Source of the DNA: Amoebophrya sp. A120
Lineage: Eukaryota; Protista; Dinoflagellata
Assembly: GCA_905178155.1 (NCBI GenBank)
Contig: CAJINV010000011.1
Location: 1,757,216-1,821,215, forward strand
Direction: 5' to 3'
Length of the DNA: 64,000 nucleotides
The notes under the pieces are model-generated. The model made no database searches. It was not told the origin of the DNA and worked only from the letters and a program-made list of their open reading frames with translations. The position numbers and the translations under genes are program-made. This document shows positions 25,001-36,019 of this stretch, piece after piece (positions within the stretch are counted from its first letter, which is position 1; every line of letters begins with the position of its first letter).

Positions 25001-27032
25001 GGTCCTCGTCGTCGTGTCCGTCTTCAAGATTGTTCAAATCAAAGTCCAACAGTCCATCGAGATTCAGGTTGGACAGCGAACTCATATATACCTGCCGCAG
25101 TAACGCGCTCCCGATCTTCGTTTCGGACCGATCTTGCTCTGCGGCCAGAGGACCTTCTGCAGAAGGACCTCCTTCTTCGCCCTGTAGATCGAAGTCCGCA
25201 TGTGGTGCTTGTCCTCCATGTGGTTGCCCTTCCACCACCTGCGCCTGCCCAGCGTGGTCTTGAGCAGCTCTATAGCGGTCATGTTGGGCTGCTTCTACTT
25301 GCGCTTTGGCCTGTACTTCTGGTGGTCCTCCTGCTTGAGAATCTTCTGCTGCTCCTCCTCCAGCAGAAGTTTTCTTGCTGTCACTAGTACTCCGAAACGC
25401 TTCCCATTTGCCGCTTTTCCCGAGCACATACCACAGTCCGTTCGGCCCTTGGCGGTAGGGCGTAGAGCTTATCCAAGAAAAAATCATTGTAGGTGTAACT
25501 TTTTTGAAGGAACAGCATCTGGCATGACAGCAAAAACCTGTCATGCGCAGATAGTACGTGAAAACGCCCTTTAATGGACCCTACGATGCATGCCAAGCAT
25601 GACAGACGCAATCATCTTGCATGTTGCGCATCACAAAATTACACTAACAACGTTTACGTTTTTTTCTTGGATAGAGCTGGGTAAGGGAACATTCCCGCCA
25701 CGGATCATGTCCATGTGCAAGGTTCGATTCGCAGTGAAGTTGAAATTGTTCCTCGATATCGACGACGACGAAGCACCTGTTTTTGATGCACCAAGAATTA
25801 CACCGCTGACTGCAGCCGAGTTCTGCGCCGCTAGCGCCTGTGTTTTCTCTTCCGCGACTTCCACTCGATTGGTAATCTGGTACTGATGTTCGCGGTTCTG
25901 TTGATAGTTATTTCCTCCCCTTTGCATGACCATGTCTGTGTCTCGTAAATTCGTGATGCAATCCCCGTGCTCCACGGACTCCAGGACCTCCATGTTCGCC
26001 GATGTTGTGGTTGCTGGACGACCCATAGTCCTACTACTTCCAGCACCGCGTGTTGAGGACGAGTCTCCGTGAAAATCAAGACCGTCTTGACGCGGAATCC
26101 GGCTTGCAAAAGAACCGGTCGTAGCTGCATTCGCTCCAGCTCTGGATCTGCATCTGCTGCTCGTGCTCTCGTTCTTGCAGTCTATTGCCTCCAGAATCCG
26201 CGCGACGTCGTAACTTCGTTTCTTCCGCTGTGCCAGCACTCGCTGCACCCGCCGCTGGCGCTCGAGCGAAGTCGCATCGTGGTCCTGCTATCGCAAGAAA
26301 AAACTGTTTCACTGTGAACTTGTGATGCATAGAATGGAGCACAGAAGTATTTCTCTTGTTACACCTGCAAGACCTTGACTCTTTAAGAGTGTTTTCCCCT
26401 TGAAAGCGCGCATGGCAAATTTTGTGTGTCATGTGTAAGAAACTTGTGATGCAGATCTTGCAAAATCATCACGGTGAAACAGTTTTTTCGTGGGATACCT
26501 GCTGGTGGTCTACTACTCCGGGAGGTTGGGTCGTGGTTGTATGTTGTAGTGTTGCGGTACCTGTAGCGCTGACAGTGCCCGCATTTTTGGCGTGATTGTT
26601 CTGTGCGAATATCTTTTGCTGAACAGTACCGCCGGACGAGCTGCTCTGATGTCCAGGAGCTAATTGTTGTTGCATCCTCGCCTCCTCTCCTCTCGCACCC
26701 CCGGCCGCAGCCGACGCACCGCGAGACCCCGGCGAAGGGGCCAGGTACTGGTGTAGCTTTCGTGTGGCGATCGGTCTTAAATGTTGCACACTAGAAGCCG
26801 GATCGGCGTCGGCAGTATCTTCCGTTGCGGTTGCCTTTTGAGCAGTGGTTGAAGCAGACGAGCTCTGCGCGCGCTCCTTGCTGGTCCGCAAGAGCATGTT
26901 CTCCTCGCTGGTGCGCTCTTTGGTGCGTGAAATGCTGGCGCCGAGCTCAATTTTGGGGTCGAGGACGACTACCTCGGGAAACTGGCTTCCACGGTCGGTA
27001 AAGGGAGAATAGCTCGCTATGGCTATGCTCAT
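19082..27032 (-). CDS. Very large, mostly low-complexity (S/N/Q/G-rich) hypothetical protein with a short globular C-terminus
   Basis: ORFs 26469..27032, 25631..26248, 23778..25544, 23269..23718, part of 22451..23221 and 19758..22559. In-frame joins across elements: HQQ|DHD, PSS|TPY, NMS|MNS, EK|FFQL. Last exon ends EEIAC-stop at 19082. Some canonical junctions were not resolved, so this could be more than one gene. Confidence 0.55.
19627..19798. mobile_element. Introner, family C
   Basis: TIRs; repeat AAAC; the frame is kept by a GT-AG splice 19626-19802. Confidence 0.8.
23063..23326. mobile_element. Introner, family A
   Basis: Perfect long TIR; direct repeat ATGCT. Confidence 0.92.
25470..25673. 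mobile_element. Introner, family F (TIR TATCCAAGAAAAAA)
   Basis: TIRs; direct repeat GAGCT. Confidence 0.88.
26289..26497. mobile_element. Introner, family E
   Basis: TIRs; direct repeat CCTGC. Confidence 0.9.
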
Positions 27033-28247
27033 GATTGTTCCTACTTGATGAAGATCAGTTACTTGGATTCGAAATCATTGACATTGTAGAGGCATAGACA
27101 CAGCAACTCTTTAGCCAAAATAACCGAAACCAGCCATGGCTCAACCATCCTGCGTCCTGAACCTGATTGAATCCTTGATAATTCATACATTCTATCTACG
27201 ATGAATCGTAACGCTTTTCCACACGACTTTCGAAGATGCCAACTACGAATTTCTAAATTCTATCGACGGCCAGTAAGGCAAGGCTGAGCAAGAAATCCGT
27301 ATGAGTTACTAGCAGTGCCGTGGGCCTGTGCTGTGGCAGGAAAGACAATGGCGAAAAGTATGATAGATAATGCACATAAGACAAAGACGACAACAATTAC
27401 ACCGAGAGAAAAACCGAACTATGTCGCAGACTCGTCAACTTTGATGGAAAAAAATTCACCTTCACGCGAAAAAAAAAACACATTGCTCGTGGTACAACGA
27501 TAAAGGCGAAGGAGCGACTCAGCAGGTGGGCGAAAAAAAAAACTAAAAAACCAGTCAAGAGTCATGACAGACTGTTGCTGATCATCAAACGAAATAATTG
27601 GCTAGACAACAACTCAACTCCAGGTCCAGGCACAAAAAACCCAAAACAGAGCGTCTCGAACGAAGAAATCGATGCCATCAAAGATGGGCCACCAGAGAGA
27701 GCCACAAATAAAAAACCCAGCACGACAGAGTTTCGACAGGATCGCCTTTGCGCAACAAAAAAACCTGACGATCTCGACTTCTGAAAGAACAGGGGCCTGA
27801 TTTACACAGTCGTGTCAAGAAAGATGAAGAAGAAGACGCGGCCCTGTAACATACATTGCAATAATAAAGCAGCAGTGTCACGCGCTTCGTGGTCGTAGCG
27901 TACGCTGATTTGAATTTGATATTTTTCTTCTATTTCGAAGTTGGCTTCGCAAAAATTGCAATTTCTTTTCTTTTCGTGCATTTTTCAATTGACTCAACAT
28001 TGGAGAAACGGAAACCGAAACGGGAATAATACTAATTGTCTTCGTTCTCCATAGCAAAAAAGTATAGTAAAAAATGAAAAACAGTTCAGTATTCACATCA
28101 ATCGACTTCTTTCATATGTAGAAGCAGAATCAGTATCAGTTGCACCAAAATTGTTCCTCGAATAAAACTTGCCTTCTTCAGTGCCTCTCTGCTCGTGCTC
28201 GCAAAACCGCCCCAGCAGCAGCTGCACTGAAGATGTTGTAGTTCATC

Positions 28248-31200
28248 TTACGACAGAAACGACTCCCCGCTGATCGGATGCGCGTTGACAACGTTTGTCC
28301 ATTTGATATTCCCGTCGTCCCGCCAAGTATCGTCCAGTCCGAGCCGAAAATGGTTGAAGCCCTTCTGCTATCAAATGCAAAGGTATCGTATTCGTCGTAA
28401 GAGCAACACTGCATGACACACCCCTACCTCCCCATCTTTATCTTAGGTGAATCAGCATTACAGATTCCTCCACTTGTTTTTTCTCTTCTTGGGAAATAAA
28501 TTTGTAATGTTGCAATTTATCATACTAATGGGCACGATACTTTTGCAATGCATATCTGCGTCCGCATGTATCTCGCACAGTTGCTGCCGCCGAACCCGTG
28601 TTCCTTCATCGTCCTTCGGTCCGACGTGCCCAGGCAGTTCACCTCGATCGCGGCGTGCGCGTTGTTGGTTGGCGACCCGTGCATGTAGCGGTGCAAAGCG
28701 GGGCCCGTGATACAGTAGGGGTGCGCGATGTGGGACCGGCAAATGTCGAACGTCCGTCCCGTGTCCAAGCCGGGAAGCAGCATCAGCTCGTTTTTTGGCA
28801 CGTGCTCGGCCGTTGACCAGTCCTTGTTATCCGGGTCAAAGACTTCCAGCTTCACGTGCTGCCCGTCCGGGTCAATGGACTTTAGCACCACCGGCAACGC
28901 CTCGTGTTTCTCATCGGCGCCGTCGAACAGGCCCCCAACCGTGCTCAGCGCGTGGCCCAAAAAGGAGCTGCTGTCGTCCTTCTTTTCGCGCCGCCAGATG
29001 TACTCGCTGTCGACTTGGAGGTAGGTTTTCGGACCGACTAAACGGTCGAAATTCCGCCCGGCGTGCTGGAGCTCCATACTCGTGTAGTTGTACTGCTGGC
29101 CGGTGACGTCGGATTTCACCACCCACCGCCCTAAACTCCCCCCCACAATAGTCCCAGACTCCGTGGGCTGCAGCCCGTAGGACCGGCCGTACGCAGTGGC
29201 GGCGCCGATACTGGAGAGGACGACGCGATCCGGCGCGTCAAAGTCCTTGCCGCCGTAGGACCGGATGAAGCCCGCGTCGACCTCGGAAACGCCCAGCGGG
29301 GTCAGATTGTATCACACAGAAAAACAAAAAAGTAAGCCGGCAGGTCACATTTGTAATGCAAAAATAAATACACAAAAAAATCTGTATTGCGTATCCTAAG
29401 CAGCATGCTATGGGGCCACCGATGACAGATTTTTCTGTGTATTTATTTTTGCATTACAAATATGCCCTGTCTGCTTTTTTCTCTGGGATAGATTGTGGTC
29501 GAAAACGAGCGCTTCGTACGTCCCGTTGTGATCCACGCGCTCCTGGAGCAGGGTGACTGGCCAGTACTGCCCCTTCACATCGCGGCACTGTAGTTGCAGT
29601 TGATGAGGGAGCAGGTGGGTCTAATATTATTGCACTGATCATTCGATTGCGTCTCGTCTCTCTGTCTGTCAGGGACAGGACAGCAGCAGTGCGAGAATGA
29701 TGAACAAGCACCGAAGTAGCAACAGAATTGATGTGCGAGTGCCCTTTAGTTTTACAACTACACTCCAAATTGGTAGTTTTTTTGCGATGAGTTACTTATG
29801 CCTTAGTCCTAGGTACTAAGTATGTCAACCGTCAACATCAACACTTCTGGTATCAATATTCCTACCTCGTACATATCCGCCACCCCCACTTGCACGTCCC
29901 GGTGCTTGGACGGATCCGCACGCTTCGGCCAGGCCGCGCGCCGCTCCCACTTGTGGTTCTTTTCCCCGAACCAGGCCGAGGAAGCCGCGTGGTTCAGAGA
30001 CGACGAGTAGCAGAAGCCCCCCGTTCTCTTGCTGAAGTCCGCGGGGAGAACCGAGACGCAGATGTTGTACCCCCGTCTATGTATCAAATACAAATATGTC
30101 TGGGTCTGGAAACTTGTGATGCAAGCACGGCAATTATGAAAACACTGTAATGCGCTGCCCAGCATGACAAGTTTTGCCGTGGTTCTGAGTTGCGTACTCC
30201 GCATGAGAAACTGCGTCTTTGCATGGCAGGCCAGAGACGCTCTTTGCGGCAATGCAATACAGAACTCAGAGTCATGCCAGACTAGCATGACAAATCTCGC
30301 AATCTCCCAGACTCAGACATATTTGCATTCGATATTGTGTGGGTCGTCGCAGTATTCCCCCATGTAGGGGAACTTCCCCGCCTGCTCGATGCGGCCCCAC
30401 CCGTCGCACGGTATCCTGAGTAAAAACGTCCCCACCCCAGAGTTGTAATGCAGATTTGCAAAGACAGAGAGACTTGTAATGCGCATCCCCATGAGAGTCA
30501 TTCCCAATCGTGTTTTGCAATTTGTGATGCTGCAAATAGGATGAGAAGATGGCTTTGTGATGCGGCTGTCCTTGCGAAACTGCACTACAATACAGAGGAA
30601 GACTTGTCATGCGTGACTCCCAAAACTTCCGGGTCTGTGTTGCAGATTTCCCATCTTGACTATGGGGTGGGGACATTTTTCCACACAATACACGGCATCA
30701 GCGACCCACCGACATCGAGCACCTCGTCCTCCGGTGTATCGTCAGGAAAAATTTCCCCTGCCCATATCGAAGAGGAACGCCTCAGAGAATTTGCGATGCT
30801 GATTTGTGACCACAAATCTTGTCTGTCTTGCAAGAAAGCAACGCCATAGGCTTCGCACCATTTTTATGCATGCGGTTTGTAATGCTGTTCGGCCTACAGC
30901 ATAGACGTTCCTCATGCTAAGCGCCTAGGCCGAAACCTCTCTACATTGGCACGATATGGGCCTGCAGTCCTCTGCTGCAAGACAAATCGGATTTGTGTAC
31001 GCAAATCTAGCATCAGAAATTTCGTTTTGATGTGGGGAGGGGGGATTTTTCATTTTGATACGGTGCGGGCGCGAACCCGGGGTGCTCGTCCAGGTCGTCG
31101 TCCCCGGTATCGCCCGAAAACCCATTCTATGGAATGCAAATATGTCTGGGTCTGCAAACTTGTGATGCTGGTTGGAGAAAGACGAGCACGCCTCAATTGG

Positions 31201-33473
31201 CTGCCAAGCATGACAGATTTTGCAGATGCTGCAGCGTTGGCTGTTCTGCATGACACACTGGGCTTCTACCTGAGAGAAGAATGGCGCGTTTGGGTAACGT
31301 ACACGACAAACTTGACAATCATGCTAGCAGAGCATGACAAACCCTGCATCTTTCGTCCAGACCCAGACATATAATTTGCAATGCATACGTTCGGGGGGAC
31401 ACCGCTGAACAGCCCGCGGTCGGGACAGTTTTCCATCCTGTGCAAAAGGATCGCAGTCGTAGTAATGTTTATCGCAGTCGTGCATTACAAATCTCCTGTT
31501 TAAGCGCAATCCGCATTACAAATTCCATTTCTCATCATGCTGAGGAGATTTGTCATGCGATTTGTACTAGTACTTACGATACTTTTGCAATGCATATTCC
31601 CGAGCGACTGGCAAATCGGGTCGGCGTCCGCGAACTTTTTGTCGGGGAGGTCCAAGTTCATGTTCATCCGCATTTTGTATTTCAACACCTTCCGCCCCTT
31701 GAGCTTGTTCGTCATCTTCATGTACTCCATCTCCTCCTTGTTCTTCGGAATCTTGTTGTCCGCAAAGGAGAAGGATGTAGCTCTTGTCCTCCGCTGGAGG
31801 AGATCGTGCCGGCCCGTTAGCATGAGAAGTGGTGAGTTTGTAGTGAATTTTGCATGACAAATAGCAGAGGAGACTGCCGGGACATTGTCCCTTTTGCTCT
31901 TCTGGGAAGTGGGTTCTGCACACCGCAGAAGTTAGTTGTCCAGGCTTATGCGGCGGGCAGCTGGACATGGCCTGGGCGTCATTCTTTGGCCATGTCTTTT
32001 CGTCTTCCTGTGCTTGCAAAAGAGCAAGCACTGCAGCAGCCGCGGCAAACACGCCAAAAACAAGAGCCGCGAAGCACATAAGCGCAGTTTAGGCAAGATG
32101 AAGGCGCGGAAGCAAAGGCGAAAGGACCCGGCCGAGAGCTTTGACGCGTCTATCCGGCAGGCGCGTGAACTCTCCAGGCCTTTTCGGCAGAATATAGAGG
32201 CGCTTAGGGCAACAGCGGGCGCCTGTCTTTTCCCCTCGGCCCCACTTCCCAGGGTCTACTTGTGCGTTTTTTTGAGCACTTTTCTGCGCTAAACTTTGCT
32301 TATCACGGTCGAGAAGTGGCGCTCGGTGAATTTTGGGGTGAATTTTGAAAAGGACGCCGGTGAATTTTGTCCTCCGGCTCCTTTTCAAAATTCGCTAGCG
32401 CGTGAGAAACTCCAGGTTTTGGGGCTTCAACAAAGTGTCGCCAAAACAAAAAGTCCCAAAATTCACCAAGGAAATTCTTGACCTGGGGATCACGTCGAAT
32501 AAGACTTGCTCCGGAGGCAAAAAGACACGTGGGGAGTTGTGAGCAGAACACAGCAGGCGAAGCAAGCTAGCGTCCGCGGCCGAGTCGTGCCTCCCCTTCC
32601 ACCCGAGGCTGCTCCCAGATATCCAAGTCCAAGCCGAGCCAACCACAACTCGTGAGAGCATAGATACATGTTGAACTAGTGCCCCTGTGTTCAGGCGTCG
32701 CCCTCCCTCCCGACCATTCCGGAGAGGAACTTCTGAGGCAGACGCGCAGAAGAATAAGAGCCCCCCGACCCACCTTCTCTGGTCGCTAGATACGCACTAC
32801 ACAGCCCGGCGAGCCCCCGCAAGACCACCTCTTTTGGTGCTGCAAGCGCCACCACGCGACGAGCAGCCCTTCAGGCTATGTGGGATGCTTGGGCTCGTGT
32901 GTCTAATACGTAGCGCTCTTCTCTTTTAAGTAAATGCAAGTCATGCAATACAAATTCACTGCAAATTCACACTTCTGTACGCTAACGACCGTCCAAGGCG
33001 TAAATCTTGTTGTCCGCAAAGGAGAAGGATGTAGCTCTTGTCCTCCGCTGGAGGAGATCGTGCCGGCCTTGATGAAGTCTTGATGTTCTCAGATAATTCA
33101 CGCCACAGCAACTGCTAATCGCAGACATGCCACGACCAGTTGTGCTATGATCTTCGTGCACTTCTTGTGGTTCTCGAGGGAGCCCCCGGCTGCTGCATGA
33201 TACAGCTGGCGGTGTGCGACCGGTATTGTTCATCTCCCACGTCGACCAGGAGGTAGGCAGCAGGTTGAAGTTCGTAGTTGCAAAAAGTCCACGCCCCGGA
33301 GAAGGACGTCGTCGATGTCGAGCAGTGGAAGTGGTCTCGCCTGCAAAATTCTCTACGCTTGAGGTTCTCGCCGCCGCGCCGCCTGACGACAACCCTTTGC
33401 TGAAACCACCTCCTGTGGTCGCGGTCGTCATGAAGACGTCAGAGAGAAAGTTGTCCAGGTAGGCACGAAACAT
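28248..33473 (-). CDS. Hypothetical multi-exon protein interrupted by 8 elements
   Basis: Short exons join in frame: PPN|GFSGD, APAP|EDEV, LMP|CDGW, DHN|LTPL, RTQ|KGFN; ends GESFLS-stop at 28248. No family recognised. Confidence 0.65.
28369..28554. mobile_element. Introner, family C
   Basis: TIRs; direct repeat TCTGC. Confidence 0.88.
29310..29490. mobile_element. Introner, F-like (TATC.CA.AGAAAAA)
   Basis: Short imperfect TIRs; direct repeat GATTG. Confidence 0.82.
30082..30334. mobile_element. Introner, family A
   Basis: TIRs; degenerate repeat CTATG/TTGTG; interior is an inverted relative of 2570-2828. Confidence 0.85.
30412..30690. mobile_element. Introner, family B (TIR TATCCT..GTAAAAACGT.CCCAC)
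   Basis: TIRs; direct repeat CACGG. Confidence 0.88.
30737..31060. mobile_element. Introner, family G (TIR TATC....GAAAAATCCCCCCTCCCCA)
   Basis: TIRs; direct repeat CGGTG; related to 40471-40789. Confidence 0.85.
31128..31387. mobile_element. Introner, family A
   Basis: TIRs; repeat CATTC/CGTTC. Confidence 0.85.
31434..31596. mobile_element. Introner, family C
   Basis: TIRs (left end CATCC); degenerate repeat. Confidence 0.8.
31749..33068. repeat. Exact 66-bp direct repeat of coding sequence (31749-31814 and 33003-33068)
   Basis: Both copies encode GRHDLLQRRTRATSFSFADNKI on the minus strand. Confidence 0.95.
31815..32987. mobile_element. 1.17-kb element with about 45-bp imperfect TIRs and a non-coding interior
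   Basis: CGTTAGCATGAGAAGTGGTGAGTTTGTAGTGAATTT... pairs with ...AAATTCACTGCAAATTCACACTTCTGTACGCTAACG; flanked by a 66-bp exon duplication. Confidence 0.75.
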
Positions 33474-36019
33474 CTTGTGTGCTGCTGCTGTGCAGCTGCA
33501 GTTCTCTCACTGACTCTCTTGCAAACGGAGCCAGAAATTGTTTGCAATACCGTCTTGCATGCGTGTGTGGCTGATGTGGTGCGTTGCTCTGCCTCTGTCG
33601 CCCACATACATGTCTACCACCACTGAGCGAAGAAGCGCATCAGAAGCTGCAAGTACTAGTAGCTCACTATATGCAAAGATACGAGTTCGACGCGTATACT
33701 GTAGGATAAGGATTTTGTTTCGAGTTCAATAATTTTTCTCTCCCTCAAGCCGAACAGGTAGAAGTTGTCCTACTGGAACTGGTACTTCACTCCCAAGTAA
33801 TAAACGCTCCTCGACGATCTTCGAAACAAACGAACACGACCTCTATTGCTGGTACTACACAACGTAGCAATCACAACTGTCCTGCCTGAGAACCGCAACG
33901 AAATCAGTTGTATCTCTACTTTCTAGAACTAGAACTAGAATCTCACCGCTTTGGCATGCTCGCACAGTGGTGCAACGGTAGAACTGTTTTTTTCAATGCC
34001 CTCATGAGAGATAAAAAAATAGCGAGATGGGCTAGGCCCTTCCACGCAAATCTCTTCAACCAGATGTTGAGTGGTTCTGGACCATTTAAAATCTGTGCAA
34101 GCAGGGAGGTTCTGGGCAAAAGGCTTATGACTATGAGATAAAGTAAGTACTTGAAAAGAAACTAGTTTTTTGTAGGACACGGCTATCCCGTAGTCGAGCT
34201 ACTTAAACTACATCACGCATTTAGCGCGACTACACCCCCTTCTTGCTCTGGTCATGCTATTTTGTGCGAATGGATGTGGTTGTGGAATCAAATCTATCAT
34301 CCTAAAAATACATCACAGGTGTGACGGATGGTCGTGGTGGATGCGACATCATGATAAGAAGAAAATGCTCGTGGGTTCTTGACGTAAAGCACAATGTTGA
34401 CAGAAATGAAAAAGAGCGAGAAAACTTCAAATTGCTCGCTCGTCAAACAACTGCACTTTACTATATGCCCAGTCCCAGCAGCATTATGGCCCCTTCGGCT
34501 GTTAATTTAGTGGTAAAGCAAGCTGCTGCACAAAAACTACGATCAGATGAGGATAATAAATTCTAATTCATCTGCAAATAATAACGACTTGCCTAGTTTG
34601 AAACAACTACATTTCTAGCGCCGACAGCGGTTTTTAAAAATAGAAGTCCAGATCTTCTCTAATAATGGACTACACGGCGGACATGTACGATTCAAGTTAA
34701 GTAGCTTGCAGTTGATCGAAGATCGCTGCTATGTTATTGGCGTCTGTAAGTCTAGGGTACTAGAAACTGGACTTCTGCTTTTGCACACTGTCTTTCTTTG
34801 ACGGTTGTACGTTTCTTGAACCACTCTTCTATTTCAAAAAAAATCCTTTTGTTATTGTACACGGAGCGGATGGGGAAACTAAATTAACCCTAAGCATGAA
34901 AAAAAAAAAAATGAAAAATATATGCACCTCGGCGTGTGTGTCAGAGACCGGCAAAAGAGATGCTCCCACTCCCTTTTGCAGGTTCTCTTCACCCTCGAAT
35001 ATGATTATGAATAATTTCTGCGTAAAGTGACTGGCGTGAGTCCTTGCGTTTATTTCCCCAGACAGCAATACGGCCGAGCAAGGGGTTTGTTCTTGCCGCG
35101 TACTGTTCTATGATTCCACCTCCAGACTGGCTCGGTTCTGTCCTATTCCCGGTTGTACTACAATTACGTAGGCGGCATTTGAGTGAGCCAGACAACAGCA
35201 ATACGTTGCAGCTCTCCGTCATCTAATTTCCTTGACGGAGCCACAACATTTTTGACCAAGCCTCACAGCCTTTCCTAAGAACTGGCGCGAAAAGGAAAAC
35301 TACAGAAAAAAAGCCGGCGCACTTCGCATGAAATAGATCGCGAAAAATTGTACACTTGTTATAGAAGCTTGAGCTAAAAAAAACTCATTGCTGTGTATCA
35401 TGGTAGGTACTTACCTCCTAATGTAGGGCGCAGGAGTAGGTACGGAAAAATTACGTCATTCGAAGGACGTAAATTCTTGAGAAATGTAGACAGCAACGCG
35501 TAAAGATGGATCTATTCTCATAAAAAGAGAAATCCATAAGAAAGTAGATGGCACTCAACAAACTTTGTATCTCTTTACTCATACTCTATCTATGTGAATG
35601 TATGTGAATGGTGCAACTTCTTGCGGTCGTCGTGCTCTTCGGATGTAGTAAACTGGATTTTCGAGCTGTAGTTTTGTTCGTTCTTGTCATTTATTTTTAT
35701 TCGCTGGCTCGTTGTTCCTTCATAACCATAAGGCTGCTGCATGCAATACAAATACAATATCAATGGCTGATCATGTGCTGCTACCGATATTAAACATTTT
35801 TTGTCTTCTTCCGGGTGAGGTTCGCTCACGTTGTTCAAATCGGTCTAATCGGTAGTTCGAGATGAATCATATAATAATGCAACGAATATTTCAATCATAT
35901 ACAATCAAGATCGTTCGTATCTAGGGTCCTCACTGGTCTATCAATACATCATTAAATTTCTATAAACGAAGTCCTCACTGGAGTTAGTATGTGTACCAAG
36001 GATTGTTCGGAACGAACGC

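Noticed and set aside
35405-35445. GTACTTACC as a canonical U1 snRNA 5' end
   Set aside because: No U1 cloverleaf or recognisable loop sequences follow; it equally reads as a GGTAAGT donor site on the minus strand.
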